From Octopus vulgaris (Eukaryota): a DNA stretch of 64,000 bases. The stretch covers positions 68,448,001-68,512,000 of the forward strand of contig OX597825.1 of assembly GCA_951406725.2 (NCBI GenBank). The letters run 5' to 3'. The stretch's first letter is position 1. Every line of letters begins with the position of its first letter. Below are positions 1 through 12,927 of this stretch, piece after piece. The notes beneath the pieces were generated by a model that saw only the letters and a program-made list of their open reading frames with translations, searched no databases and was not told the origin of the DNA. Position numbers and translations under genes: made by a program.

Positions 1-461
1 AGTAAACTGGGAATTTTACAAATAAACAGAAAAAAAACTAAGACGAAGTAAATATGAATAAATAAAATAAAGCTGGGGTGAAAGTTCATGTTAAAACTAC
101 TGCGTAAATAAAAATTTATATAGGCTAGTGGTTGCATAACATATTTACATCAGCATCACTACTATCAACGTGATAGGGGTCGTCGCCACCGCCACCACCA
201 CCACCACCACCACCACCACCACCACCACCACCATCGTCGTTGTTGTGATCATCATCATCATGGTTGTCATCATCATTATAGTCACTGACGGGTTTTTGTT
301 CTCATGCTATGCGATTCCTTATTTTTTTTTTTTTCGCGTTAATATATGTTAATATATGTAAATAAACGTACGAGATCGCTTTTGTACTTTGTACAAACGA
401 ATTATATATTGCAGTAATCATTTCCTACGGGTTGGATGACATTTGTAACACATACGCGCAC

Positions 462-785
<324 letters not shown>

Positions 786-1257
786 CATCATCATCATCGT
801 TTAACGTTCGCCTTCCATGCTGGCATATATCATCATCATCATCGTTTAACGTCCGCTTTCCATGCTAGCATGGGTTGAACGATTTGACTGAGGTTTGGCG
901 AACAAGATGGCTGCACCAGGCTCCAATCTTGATCTGGCAGAGTTTCTGCGACTGGATGCCCTTCCTAATGCCAACCACTCCGAGAGTGTAGTGGGTGCTT
1001 TTGCGTGCCACCGGCACGAGGGCCAGTCAGGCGGTACTGGCAATGGCCACGCTCAAATGGTGCCTTTTATGTGCCACCTGCACAGGGGCCAGTCCAGCGG
1101 CACTAGCAACGACCTTGCTTGAATGTTTTTTCACGTGCCACCAGTACAAGTGCTAGTAAGGCGACGCAGGTAACGATCATGCTCGAATGGTGCTTTTTTT
1201 ATGTGCCACTGGCACGGAGGCCAGCTTGCTGCTCTGGCAATGATCACACTTGTATGG

Positions 1258-1314
<57 letters not shown>

Positions 1315-1593
1315 ATCACGTGACCGACCAGACCATCAGATGTTGTTACACATCGCTGGTCACAATGCGTTTGCATTGTTCTAGCCTTTGAATGACGCCA
1401 CCCCGCTGGCTAAGCGAGCAGGCCAACAGAAGAAAGAGTGGGAGAAAGAGTGATGAAAGAGTACAGCAGGGATCACCACCTCCTGCCGGAGCCTCGTGGA
1501 GCTTTTTAGGTGTTTTCGCTCAATAAACACACACAACGCCCGCTCAGGGAATCGAAACCGCGATCCTGCGACTGCGAGTCCGCTGCCCTAACC

Positions 1594-1624
<31 letters not shown>

Positions 1625-2343
1625 AATTAGAGGTTGTGTTAATCTCATGAAGGGATGGTTTCTTCACACTAATGATAGTGATCCTGAGAAATGTCCAACC
1701 CTAATTGTATTATAAAGCTTCATTGTGCAAGTATCTTCTACAATGTGGATCTCAGATCTTGGATCTTGGATTTTGGATCTTGGATCTTTGATTTTGTATG
1801 CTACAACCTCCATTTATTTGCTGCCCGCTTTATAGAATGTACTTGGTGCATTTTATTGATGCACCAACATTAATGAGGTTGCTTTGTTCACTGCAAGACT
1901 AAAGAGTTCTCTCTCCTCTATGTTGTTTGTGTTTGCTCAAAGCAAACATGACTGGGAAGGTAAACAAAAGAGAGAGAGAGAAAGAGAGAGGAAAAGAGAG
2001 AAAGAGAGAGAGAGAGAGGGAAAGAGAGAAAAAGAGAGAGAGAGAGTAATGACAAAGAGAGTAAAAGAAGGGAGAGTATGAGTAAGAGTGTGATAGAGGA
2101 AACATAGTAATTGAAGAGAGTGGAAAGCAAAAGAGGGAGAAATGGAAGAGAGACACTGATAGGCAGCCACATGCTAGTGCTTCATGGTAAAGAGATGGAT
2201 TAAAACAACAGCATGTTGGAAGGAGATAAATGAAATACCAGTCCAAGAGGGTGGATTGGCAGAATTATTAGAATGTCAGACTGGCTGACTTGAGGAATTC
2301 ATTCTGGCTTTTTGCATTTTGAGATCAACTTCTGTCTTTTATG

Positions 2344-2953
2344 TATCTATTTCTTTATTTCCCACAAGGGGCTAAACACAGAGGGAGGACAAACAAGGAC
2401 AGACAAACGGATTAAGTCGATTATATCGACCCCCAGTACGAAACTGGTACTTATTTAATCGACCCCGAAAGGATGAAAGGCAAAGTCGACCTCGGCGGAA
2501 TTTGAACTCAGAACGTAGCGGCAGACGAAATACCTATTTCTTTACTACCCACGAGGGGCTAAACACAGAGGGAGGACAAACAAGGACAGACAAACGGATT
2601 AAGTCGATTATATCGACCCCAGTGCGTAACTGGTATTTAATTTATCGACCCCGAAAGGATGAAAGGCAAAGTCGACCTCGGCGGAATTTGAACTCAGAAC
2701 ATAGCGGCAGACGAAATACCTATTTCTTTACTACCCACAAGGGGCTAAACACAGAGAGGACAAACAAGGACAGACAAACGGATTAAGTCGATTATATCGA
2801 CCCCCAGTACGAAACTGGTACTTATTTAATCGACCCCGAAAGGATGAAAGGCAAAGTCGACCTCGGCGGAATTTGAACTCAGAACGTAACGGCAGACGAA
2901 ATACTACTAAGCATTTCGCCCGGCATGCTAACGTTTCTGCCAGCTCGCTGCCT
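2344..2953 (-). mobile_element. SINE family B (MetaSINE-like domain), here three tandem partial units; other copies 3258, 18290, 20180, 22370, 23455, 34460
   Basis: GGCGAGCTGGCAGAA head and GCCTTTCATCCTTTCGGGGTCGATAAATTAAGTACC core. Confidence 0.85.
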
Positions 2954-3631
2954 GTCTTTTATTTATCACTGCCTTTCTCATGCTGGAGAAAAACAAGATC
3001 TTTGGAACAGAGCTATCAATGACAGTCTTCCAGCATTTGAGGGAATGTGACATCTCAGTCACATTAATGTCTATGAATACAGAGCCTGCAATGAAGTTGA
3101 ATAAATGCTAAGAAAGAGAGATGGAAAGAGAGATGCATGTAAGAGTCATCATGAAAGATCATCATCATCATCATTGTCACCACCACCACCACCACCACCA
3201 CCACCACCACCACCATCACCATTTTTATATTAGTAAGTATCCTATTTTTTTTAGAATATGTTTCTTTATTACCCACAAGGGGCTAAACATAGAGGGGACA
3301 AACAAGGACAGACAAACGAATTAAGACGATTACATCGACCCCAGTGCGTAACTGGTACTTAATTTATCGACCCCGAAAGGATGAAAGGCAAAGTCGACCT
3401 CGGCGGAATTTGAACTCAGAACGTAACGACAGACGAAATACCGCTAAGCATTTTGCCCGTTGCGATAACGTTTCTGCCAGCTCGCCGCCTTTTTTAGAAT
3501 AGGTTTGCTGTATCCCTACATGTTGTAAGAGTTGGCTAAAAAGTTTGGCATAAAGATGGGCGTCCAGACATAAAGCGATACTTCAAAATGTCCTACTCTT
3601 CCCTTGCTTACATAAAGGAGAGGGTGCAAAA

Positions 3632-3664
<33 letters not shown>

Positions 3665-3764
3665 GTGGTGGTGATGATGATGGTGAGGAGGAGGAGGAGG
3701 AGGAGGATGGTGATGGTGATGGTGATGATGATGGTAATGATGGTGATGATGATGGTGATGATGG

Positions 3765-3808
<44 letters not shown>

Positions 3809-4423
3809 GTGATGATGATGGTGATGATGGTGATGGTGATGGTGATGATGGTGATGATGATGGTGATGATGGTGATGATGTGATGATGATGATGATGATG
3901 ATGGTGGTGATGGTGATGATAATAAGGAGGAGAAGGAGGAGGAGGAGGAGTTCCCATACTTGCACAGATTGGATGGATTTATGCTTTTCCAATCAGTTGT
4001 TATTTTGAGTTCTTCGTGGGATTTAATTTGCTCAAACTCTGCATTCTTTGTGCCGGGAAGTATGTAAACATTTGTAATGTGTGAACCAGTGTTCTTTCAG
4101 TAACAAATGATGATCGATGTCACATCTCAAAAGACAACCACTAGATAACATTGAAAAATGTATTAATTTGATTCACCATCCATAATCTATCTTTTGTCCT
4201 TATGACCTCTGCCAAGGCCCAGTCTGGGAATCGAAACCGCATTCTTACGACTGCGAGTCCACTGCTCTAACCACTGGGCCATTGCGCCTCCACTGACGTT
4301 GGTGTTGCCTTGGCAGAGTTTGTGCTCTCTGAGTGTTCTTTATATGTAAAATACTACAATCAGCTGTCATTTTTGACAGTACGGGGGGCGGGGGCAGCTA
4401 ATTAATATATATATATATATAGT

Positions 4424-4826
4424 ACCGCAATGACTGGCCTCCGTGCTGAGGGCACGTAACAAACACCATCCGAGCGTGGCCGTCCGCCAGCCTCGTCTGG
4501 CACCTGTGTCGGTGACACATAAGAAAACACCATCCGAGCGTGGCCGTCTGCCAGCCTTGTCTGGCACCTGTGTCGGTGGCACATAAAAAACACCATCCGA
4601 GCGTGGCCGTCTGCCAGCCTCGTCTGGCACCTGTGTCGGTGGCACATAAAATCACCCACTACACTCTCGGAGTGGTTGGCGTTAGGAAGGGCATCCAGCT
4701 GTAGAAACACTGCCACATCTGACTGGCCTGGTGCAGCCTTCGGGCTTCCCAGACCCCAGTTGAACCGTCCAACCCATGCTAGCATGGAAAGCGGACGTTA
4801 AACGATGATGATGATGATGATGATGA
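4424..4826 (+). mobile_element. SINE family C with (GAT)n tail and internal ~60-bp triplication; other copies 790(-), 24495, 26925, 28720, 32500(-)
   Basis: GAGTGGTTGGCGTTAGGAAGGGCATCCAGCTGTAGAAAC...GCATGGAAAGCGGACGTTAAACGATGATG. Confidence 0.85.
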
Positions 4827-5664
4827 TCTCCAGGTCCACTGTGATTGAACAGATCTCTGTAATATGTATAAAATTAGTCAGCAATTAGTATGTAATTCTT
4901 GGTAGCAAACTATTTATCATACAATTTATTATATAACACTCCATGGTACATAATTTATAAATAAATAAAAACACATTAAAAGAACAAACAAACAAGCATA
5001 AATATTTGTGTGAAGTGACCAGGAAGTAATTAAATAGAAGTAGAGAAGTAAAGAGTGAAAAAAACTAATTAAGCCTGACAACTTAATAGTTTGGCTTATG
5101 TGAAAGTGAAAGTTTTTTTTCTGGGTTCTAGGTGAATTTCCCTACAATGATTTATCTCTGTGTGTGTGTGTGTGTGTGTGTAGTTGTATGTATGTGTGGT
5201 TGTATGTGTGCATGTGTGGTTGTTTGTGTGAGATTGCGTGTGATTGTATGTGTGTGTGTGCGTATGTGTTTGTATGGGTATGTGTGTGCGTATGTGGTTG
5301 TATGGGTGTGTGTGTGTGATTGTATGTGTGTGTGTGCGTATGGGTGTGTGTGTGTGTATGTGGTTGTATGGGTGTGTATGTGTGATTGTATGTGTGTATG
5401 TGTATGTTTGAATGGGTGTGTGTGTGCATATGTGGTTGTATGGGTGTGTGTGTGTGTGTGTGTTTGAATGGGTGTTTGTGTGCATATGTGGTTGTATGGG
5501 TGTGTGTGTGTGTGTGTGTGCGTATGCGGTTGTATGGGTGTGTGTGTGTGGTTGTAGATGAATTGTATCCATAGATAAATTGTTGTAGACAAATTAGCTG
5601 GATACCATTTCTCTGTATGTATGTTTAAATCCACACTAATACACACACATATATACATATGTGG

Positions 5665-6047
5665 AAGCACTCCGTCGGTTACGACGATGAGGGTTCCGGT
5701 TGATCTGAATTAACGGAACAGCCTGCTCGTGAAATTAACGTGTAAGTGGCTGAGCACTCCACAGACACGTGCACCCTTAACGTAGTTCTCGGGGATATTC
5801 AGCGTGACACAGAGAGTGACAAGGCCAGCCCCTTGAAATACAGGTACAACAGAAACAGGAAGTAAGAGTGAGAGAAAGTTGTGGGGAAAGAGTACAGCAG
5901 GGATCACCACCATCCTCTGCTGGAGCCTCGTGGAGCTTTAGGTGTTTTCGCTCAATAAACACTCACAACGCCTGGTCTGGGAATCGAAACCGCGATCCTA
6001 TGACCGCGAGTCCGCTGCCCTAACCACTGGGCCACTGCGCCTCCACT
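5665..6047 (-). mobile_element. SINE family D (tRNA-derived head GGAGGCGCARTGGCCCAGTGGTTAGGGC); other copies 1308, 8213, 16333, 23160, 35558(+)
   Basis: A/B-box-like head and shared body/tail across copies. Confidence 0.85.
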
Positions 6048-6084
6048 CACATACATATATATATACTGAAACACATCACTAAGA

Positions 6085-6335
6085 GGTTACTCTTCAGCTT
6101 GTCCTTACATCTGAGCCATGGTCGACCAACATTCCCGCGCCCACTCTCAAACTGTCTGCACACGAGGACTTTGGATATTCTTTTGTCACTCATTCTGACA
6201 TGACCAGCTCAGCTCAACTGTATAAAGAAGCTCTCAATTCCACCAATCTTACTCTTGCTAAACAAGTCGGCATTAGAAACTCTGCCTTTTACTGAATAAC
6301 CGCTGACTGTCCTCAGACAGCCTTTGTGGAAGATG
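6085..6335 (-). mobile_element. RTE-clade LINE fragment (RT C-terminal region)
   Basis: Minus translation FHKGCLRTV...RVSNADL...AGHVRMSDKRISK...GRPWLRCKDKLK. Confidence 0.75.
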
Positions 6336-7113
6336 CCTTTGCAAAACAGTTACTTTTTAATTCTTTTACTGGTTTCGGTCATTTGACTGTGGCCATGCTG
6401 GAGCACCGCCTTTAGTCAAGCAAATCGATCCCAGGACTTATTCTTTGTAAGCCTAGTATTTATTCTATTGGTGTCTTTTACCAAACCGCTAAGTTACGGG
6501 GACGTAAACACACCACCATCGGTTGTCAAGCAATGTTGCGGGGACAAACACACACACATATATGTATACATATACAAATATATACAACGGGCTTCTTTCA
6601 GTTTCCGTCCACCAAATCCATTCACAAGGCTTTGGTTGGTCCGAGGCTATAGTAGGAGACACTTGCTCAAGGCTCAAACCCCGCTAAAGGTGGCATTAAA
6701 ATAACAGCAAAAAAGTGTCAGAAACGATCGGACCGAAACATTTGTTCGACAGGATTTCTTCCTCTGAACATTTCTCCTGCTGTCCGTTCAACTCTTAGCG
6801 AGTTTCCACTTACTAAGGCAGATATTAAACCAATTATATTTTACAACGAATTATTAGTGTAACAGAGAATAAATCTAAGGTTGTAGAAAAGGTATCTCTT
6901 TACTCTCTTTTACTTGTTTCAGTCATTTGACTGTGGCCATGCTGGAGCACCGCCTTTTAATCGACAACTCGACCCCGGGACTTATTCTTTTGTAAGCCCA
7001 GTACTTATTCTATTGGTCTCTTTTGCCGAACCGCTAAGTAACGGGGACATAAACACACCAGCATCGGTTGTCAAGCAATGCTAGGGGACAAACACAGACA
7101 CACAAACATAGAC

Positions 7114-7162
<49 letters not shown>

Positions 7163-7303
7163 TATAAGAGAGTGGTCACTATATTGATCACTCTAGCACC
7201 AGTTAATCCAAAAGGTTTCAACCACGAAAAATACATGTTTCCCATGAAAGCCAGTACGACTGTTAGCTCACACGGACAGGGCAAATAAAAAATAACAAAA
7301 ATA

Positions 7304-7397
7304 CAGATTATTTTGGGACAATTGTTTCGCTATTAATGAATTAAATGTAATATTACTTACAATAATCCATTTGTAGCTCTTCAGCCAAGACTATCTG
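7304..7397 (-). ncRNA. Type I hammerhead ribozyme (mirror copy)
   Basis: Reverse complement of 7647-7740. Confidence 0.85.
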
Positions 7398-7646
7398 GAT
7401 GAAATCCACTCAATCACACGCCAGATTTTACCATAACGATAAATACGCGTGCGGTTCAATTGATTACATCGGACGTTATAATTCAAATGCCCCAACAAAC
7501 AGCGCGCCAAACTCTCACGGAAAACAAATACAGCATTTAGAAATAAATGCAGCATAATTATAATTAATTAATAAGGGTGAGAGAATTAGATACTAATTTA
7601 ATAGTATATTTATTCCACACCGGCGTGTGATTGAGTGGATTTCATC

Positions 7647-7740
7647 CAGATAGTCTTGGCTGAAGAGCTACAAATGGATTATTGTAAGTAATATTACATT
7701 TAATTCATTAATAGCGAAACAATTGTCCCAAAATAATCTG
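7647..7740 (+). ncRNA. Type I hammerhead ribozyme
   Basis: TTGG-CTGAAGA-GCTA..TAGC-GAAA-CAATTG-TC|CCAA; palindromic stem III (ACAATTGT); stem I extends CAGAT/ATCTG. Confidence 0.85.
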
Positions 7741-8765
7741 TATTTTTGTTATTTTTTATTTGCCCTGTCCGTGTGAGCTAACAGTCGTACTGGCTTTCAT
7801 GGGAAACATGTATTTTTCGTGGTTGAAACCTTTTGGATTAACTGGTGCTAGAGTGATCAATATAGTGACCACTCTCTTATATTTATTTTGTGAAAATATT
7901 ATAATATGTTATAAAATATTATAATAATCCAGGTTTCTCGTAGCACTAGGCCACTTGGTGTGGAATAAATATACTATTAAATTAGTATCTAATTCTCTCA
8001 CCCTTATTAATTAATTATATATATATATGTATATGTATATGCATACACGACGAGCTTCTTTCAGTTTCCGTCTACCAAATCCACTCACAAGGCTTTGGTC
8101 GGCGCCACGCAGTGGGACTGAACCCGGAACCATGTGGTTGGTAGACAAGCTACTTACCACACAGCCACTCCTGCGGAATGTCGCTATCCAGCTGTAGTTG
8201 TGAAAATTGTTGGCACTCTGTCGCTTACGACGACGAAGGTACCGGTTGAACCGATCAACGGAACAGCCTGCTCGTGAAATTAACGTGCAAATGGCTGAGC
8301 ACTCCACAGACACATGTGCCGTTAACGTAGTTCTCGGGGATATTCAATGTGACACAGAGTGTGACAAGGCTGGCCCTTTGAATTACAGGCACACCAGAAA
8401 CAAGAAGTGAGAGAAAGTTGTGGTGAAAGAGTACAGCAGGGATCACCACCATCCCCTGCCGGAGCCTCGTGGAGCTTTTAGGTGTTTTCGCTCAATAAAC
8501 ACTCACAACACTCTGCGAATCGAAACCGCGAGTCCGCTGCCCTAACCACTGTTCCATTGCGCCTCCACGGTTGTAAGAATTAAGTTATCAATATTTACCA
8601 TATATATATACATTTAAATGTATCCAACAGAAGATCGTAATTATTTCATGTTAGAAAAACGAAAAAGATAATAATGCAAGCGTGTGTCTCTGTGGGTGCA
8701 AGTTGAGTGTCAGTTTATGTATGTGTGAGTAAAACATTCCTTGTAAGAATTTAACCTGTGGCGTA

Positions 8766-9156
8766 GGATCGTTTCGGTTTGAACAGCAGTTTTTTCTAGC
8801 GGTGTCTTATGAAATTGTCACCCATAATTATGACCCTAGAATCGATCTATTGCATTTCAATCTGTTTTAGGGTTAGGGTTAGAGTATCTTTTTTCTTCAG
8901 AAATGTAAGTAAACCCAATCTGTTTCTTAAACGAGGGACATATTCATACGGCACAGAATGTTGTTTACCTCAATAGTGTCGGTGATTGGTTGAAATTGAA
9001 GAAACAAAAACAAATATCTTACAAACTATAGAGTTTTCTCAATAAAGCCAAGAGAAAAAGATGTTTTATAAACACATTCTACCAGTATACAAAGTTTAAA
9101 ATTTTTTAGTTACCTAGAAATTATGTTACAAAGTGCCGTTCAAACCGAAAAGATCC
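8766..9156. mobile_element. MULE-type MITE
   Basis: Imperfect TIRs GGATCGTTTCGGTTTGAAC / GTTCAAACCGAAAAGATCC, perfect 9-bp TSD TGTGGCGTA (8757-8765, 9157-9165); internal TTAGGGTTAGGG. Confidence 0.88.
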
Positions 9157-9267
9157 TGTGGCGTATTCTGCTTCCGCCACGAGATAAATAATGAATGAAA
9201 AAAATCATAAAGCGAAAATAAATCAACAATGTAGACGGAGAGCGAATGAGTGTGCGAGATAGAGATT

Positions 9268-9296
9268 TGTTTACATTGGTCAGTTACCATAGCAAC
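9268..9296 (+). promoter_or_regulatory. Ciliary-type promoter module: Forkhead site TGTTTAC (9268-9274), inverted CCAAT (9275-9279), RFX X-box GTTACCATAGCAAC (9283-9296)
   Basis: Near-palindromic X-box consensus ~310 nt upstream of the ATG of a tubulin-glutamylation gene. Confidence 0.75.
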
Positions 9297-9605
9297 TAGG
9301 AGCGGTGCCGATATAAAAATGTCGTCTATTTGTTTATTACCAAATAACGTTTCTTTTTCTTTTTATTTCTCTCCTTGAAAATATCCCTACAGTTATTGAT
9401 CAAATCTCAGCGAATCTTTTGAACAATATCCAGTGAAGTTTCATAAATTTCAGTCGTATATACACTGAAAATAAAACAGTGAAATATTTAACAAAAGCAA
9501 CGATATAATAGTCACCGGTTACCACTGAACTATAAAAGGTTTTGATATACTGAAAGGTTAATTCTAACTAATTTGTTGGAGTCACCTGAACAGGTATTCG
9601 TTATA

Positions 9606-9666
9606 ATGGAAGAAAACGTCTCAGAAATAATGCAACGAATAACATTTTCCGTTGTGAAATATTTAG
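9606..9666 (+). CDS. TPGS2: TPGS2 coding exon 1 (MEENVSEIMQRITFSVVKYL-E)
   Basis: ATG at 9606, 61 nt, phase-1 donor G|GTAAAT; aligns by eye to vertebrate TPGS2 'LEKLTLGITRILE'. Confidence 0.85.
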
Positions 9667-10459
9667 GTAAATTTCATGAAATTTTATTGCCATTAATTAA
9701 TTAATTAATTAATTAATTTACAAGTGTTTTGCAATGTGGTAGACTATAAAATGTTGAAAATTATGGGTTGTGTGGAGAAGAAATTTCAGTTTTATTCGTA
9801 ACTGCTATTCTGGAAGTCCACTTTATTATTATTATTATTTATGGCCGAAAAAATATATTCTTTTACTTGTTTCACTCACTTGACTGCGGCCATGCTGGAG
9901 CACCGCCTTTAATCGAGGAAATCGACCCCAGGACTTATTCTTTGTAAGCTTAGTACTTATTCTATTGGTCGCTTTGCCGAACCACTAGGTTACGGGGACA
10001 AAAACACACCAGCATCGGTTGTCAAGCTATGTTGGGTGGACAAACAGACACACACACACACACACACATATACATATACGACGGGCTTCTTCTAGTTTCC
10101 GTCTACCAAATCCACTCACAAGGCTTTGGTCGGCCGTACACCACCCGATTTTGGCGTAACAAAATCCCTAACTCTAACCCCAACCCTAAACATTGAGTGT
10201 ACATATTCTTTACTTTCGCCAAAAAAGCTCCCTTTCGTGAAATAAAAATTATGTACGTCTAGGAAAACATGTATAAAAGTGTCTATTATTTTTGGCGGCG
10301 AGCTGGCAAAATCGTTAAGCACGCCGGACATAAGTACCAGGGTCAATGTAATCGACTTATCCCCTTCCCAGAACTTACTGGCCTCGTGCCAAGAATTTGA
10401 AACCATTGTTATTAAATTTATCTAAGAATTATTAGAATTATTTTAATACCTCATTACAG

Positions 10460-10539
10460 AAACTAAAACTGGGGTGTGTAATGTGAAATTACACGAACGA
10501 ACTGGCACGACCAAAGAAGCCCTTTCTTCATGGGAACAG
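10460..10539 (+). CDS. TPGS2: TPGS2 exon 2 (ETKTGVCNVKLHERTGTTKEALSSWEQ)
   Basis: cattacAG acceptor, 80 nt, CAG|GTAAAA donor; matches TPGS2 'PGVTEV...ISSWEQ'; phases compatible. Confidence 0.93.
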
Positions 10540-10584
10540 GTAAAAACATTTGACTTTTCTGTTACATTGGATAGTTTAGGAATT

Positions 10585-10992
10585 ACTCTCTCTTTTACTC
10601 TTTTCAGTCATTTGACTGCGGCCATGCTGGAGCACCGCCTTTAGTCGAGCAAATTGACCCCGGGACTTATTCTTTGTAAGCACAGTACTTATTCTATCGG
10701 TCACTTTTGCCGAACCGCTAAGTTACGGGGACGTAAACACACCAGCATCGGTTGTCAAGCAATGCTAGGGAGACAAACACAGACACATAAACACATACAC
10801 ACACACACATATATACATACATATATACGACAGGCTTCTTTCAGTTTCCGTCTACCAAATCCACTTACAAGGCATTGGTCAGCCCGGGGCTATAGCAGAA
10901 GACACTTGCCCAAGATGCCATGCAGTGGGACTGAACCCGGAACGATATGGTTGGTAAGCAAGCTACTTACCACACAGCCACTCCTGCACCTA
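10585..10992 (-). mobile_element. SINE family A (tRNA-like head, internal CA/TA microsatellite); representative of >15 copies, e.g. 6360, 6896, 9858, 11110(+), 13260, 21460, 24855, 30295(+), 30760, 32720(+), 33162(+), 35950(+), 36650(+)
   Basis: Recurrent head GGAGTGGCTGTGTGGTAAGTAGCTTGCTT..GGTTCAGTCCC and tail GACTGAAACAAGTAAAAGAG. Confidence 0.9.
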
Positions 10993-12096
10993 TGAAATAT
11001 TTTATCAAACTCAACTAAAAATTTGGTATTATTTGGGAAGTTGGGGTGGAATAGTAAAGGCATGAGGCTTAGTGGTTGCGGTGTTGCAATCATAACCGCA
11101 GCATTGTGGTTTCAGTTCACATGGTTCCAGGTTCAGTCCCACTGCATGGCACCTTGGGTAAGTGTCTTCTACTATATCCTCGGGCCGACCAAAGGATTTG
11201 GTAGACGGAAACTGAAAGAAGCCCGTCGTGTATATATATGTATGTGTGTGTATATATTGGTGTGTGTCTGTTTGTCCCGTTCCAACATCGCTTGATAACT
11301 GATGCTGGTGTGTTTACGTCCCCGTAACCTAGCAGTTTGGCAAAAGAGACCAATAGAATAAGTACTAGGCTTAGAAAGAATAAGTCCTGAGGTTGATTTG
11401 GTTGACTAAAGGTTGTGCTCCAGCATGGCCACAGTCAAATGACTGAAACAAGTAAAAGAGTAAAGAGACTAAGTGGTGCTTTGCATTCTTGAGCAAAACA
11501 CTTCATTTCTCGTTGCTCAAGTTCACTCAGTTTCAACTTCAGTTGTAAGTGAATAGCCTTGCAATAGACTGGTGTTCTGTTTTGTGGAAATACTGTGATC
11601 TTGGTCTCTTACAAACCATGGAAACCAGGTTACCAGTCCTATGGGTTCTAGAGCTCAAGGTAGTAATATCTCAATTTTGGGGGTGAATAAGTTCAGTTTT
11701 ATCTTATTTGTTATCATATGTTTAATAAATATAATCAATTTTTGAGCCAGCGAAGGGACATCTGTGTCAGTGCTGGACAGTGACATAGCTAGAATGTGTG
11801 CTGCCCTGGGGCAGCCCTTGGATTTCCCCCGTCAGTGCAGGCTTATACAGCAGACCCTCAGAGCCCCACCCCCATAAAAGTGTCATCCCCATCTCATTCT
11901 ATCTACACTGCTGGTCTTCGCAAATAGAGTTTAGTGTCCAATGAAGGAAAGATATGTATAAGTGGGCTGGTTACACCCCTGGCATAGGCCACGAGGTTAT
12001 GATCTCACTTGGCTTGCCAGGTCTTCTCATGTTTGTATAAACCAAATTATTAAGTTGATGAGTTTATTATTTTTTTTTAATATTCTTTATATTTAA

Positions 12097-12459
12097 CTAG
12101 CTGACCCTGTGGTGTCAATAATGACGGCTAATTGTAGTATTTTATATATAAATAAGGTACAAAATGATCACACAAACATTCACATACTTCCCTTGTACAC
12201 GCACAGACACACACACATATATAATCATATAGTTGAAACGCTGATTTTTTTTCACCCCTTCCTTCCTTATTCATCTATCACCCCTTCCTTTTATTGCTAT
12301 TACTTTCTCTCACTCCCTCTCAGTCAAGGCTATTACTCTCACTACGTCTCCTTCACTGAATTACTATTTTCTCTTCTCCTCTATGTCTGGCGTGATTCTG
12401 GACATATATATATATATACAAATATATAAAATCAGTATGGTCATTATTATATTAGTAGA
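12097..12459 (-). mobile_element. Non-autonomous Helitron-like element
   Basis: Minus strand A|TCTACTAATATAATAA ... CAGCTAG|T termini, no TSD. Confidence 0.6.
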
Positions 12460-12535
12460 TTACTTCCTGGCCACTTCACTCAAATGTTTGTATTGTTTGT
12501 TTTTTTAATAACCTAACTTTTTTTTTATCTATATA

Positions 12536-12927
12536 CTAGCAGTATTGCCCGGTGTTACTCAGGTTTGTTTCGACCCTTTAGAATTGGAATTTTTGAAAAG
12601 TAAAAATTTTGCATTATGTAGCTTGTAATTCTCTTTAAGTGAACATTTTTCTGGTTGAAATACACCGAAAAATGCCGACACAGCAGTAAAAAAATCGTAA
12701 AAAATAGGGATTTTCATAGAAAAAAAGCACCTTTTTGGTGTAAATAATTTTTGGTGTTAACATGGTCCGATTTGAATTTTTTCTTCTACGGAAGGAAGAG
12801 CAAGCCTTCTTCTATCATACTCTCAATTTTGATCAACTTGCACCGCAGGGTCTCGGAGGAGATAGTGTTAGTTGAAGGCTACCGAACCTGCCATACACAG
12901 ACAACTTCAGCTTTATATATATAGAGA
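12536..12927 (-). mobile_element. Non-autonomous Helitron-like element
   Basis: A|TCTCTATATATATAAAGCTGAAGTTG ... subterminal hairpin, ATACTGCTAG|T; termini shared with 31522-31881. Confidence 0.7.

Larger units (their letters stand above)
7156..8018. mobile_element. Non-autonomous Penelope/retrozyme-like element: two inverted, circularly permuted partial copies inserted in (TA)n
   Basis: 7156-7422 is the reverse complement of 7622-7886; 7555-7621 is the reverse complement of 7957-8018; each long arm carries a hammerhead; flanked by (TA)n and splits a SINE. Confidence 0.85.

Noticed and set aside
5960-6047. tRNA gene-like sequence
   Set aside because: It is a SINE head continuous with SINE body; no full cloverleaf with terminator
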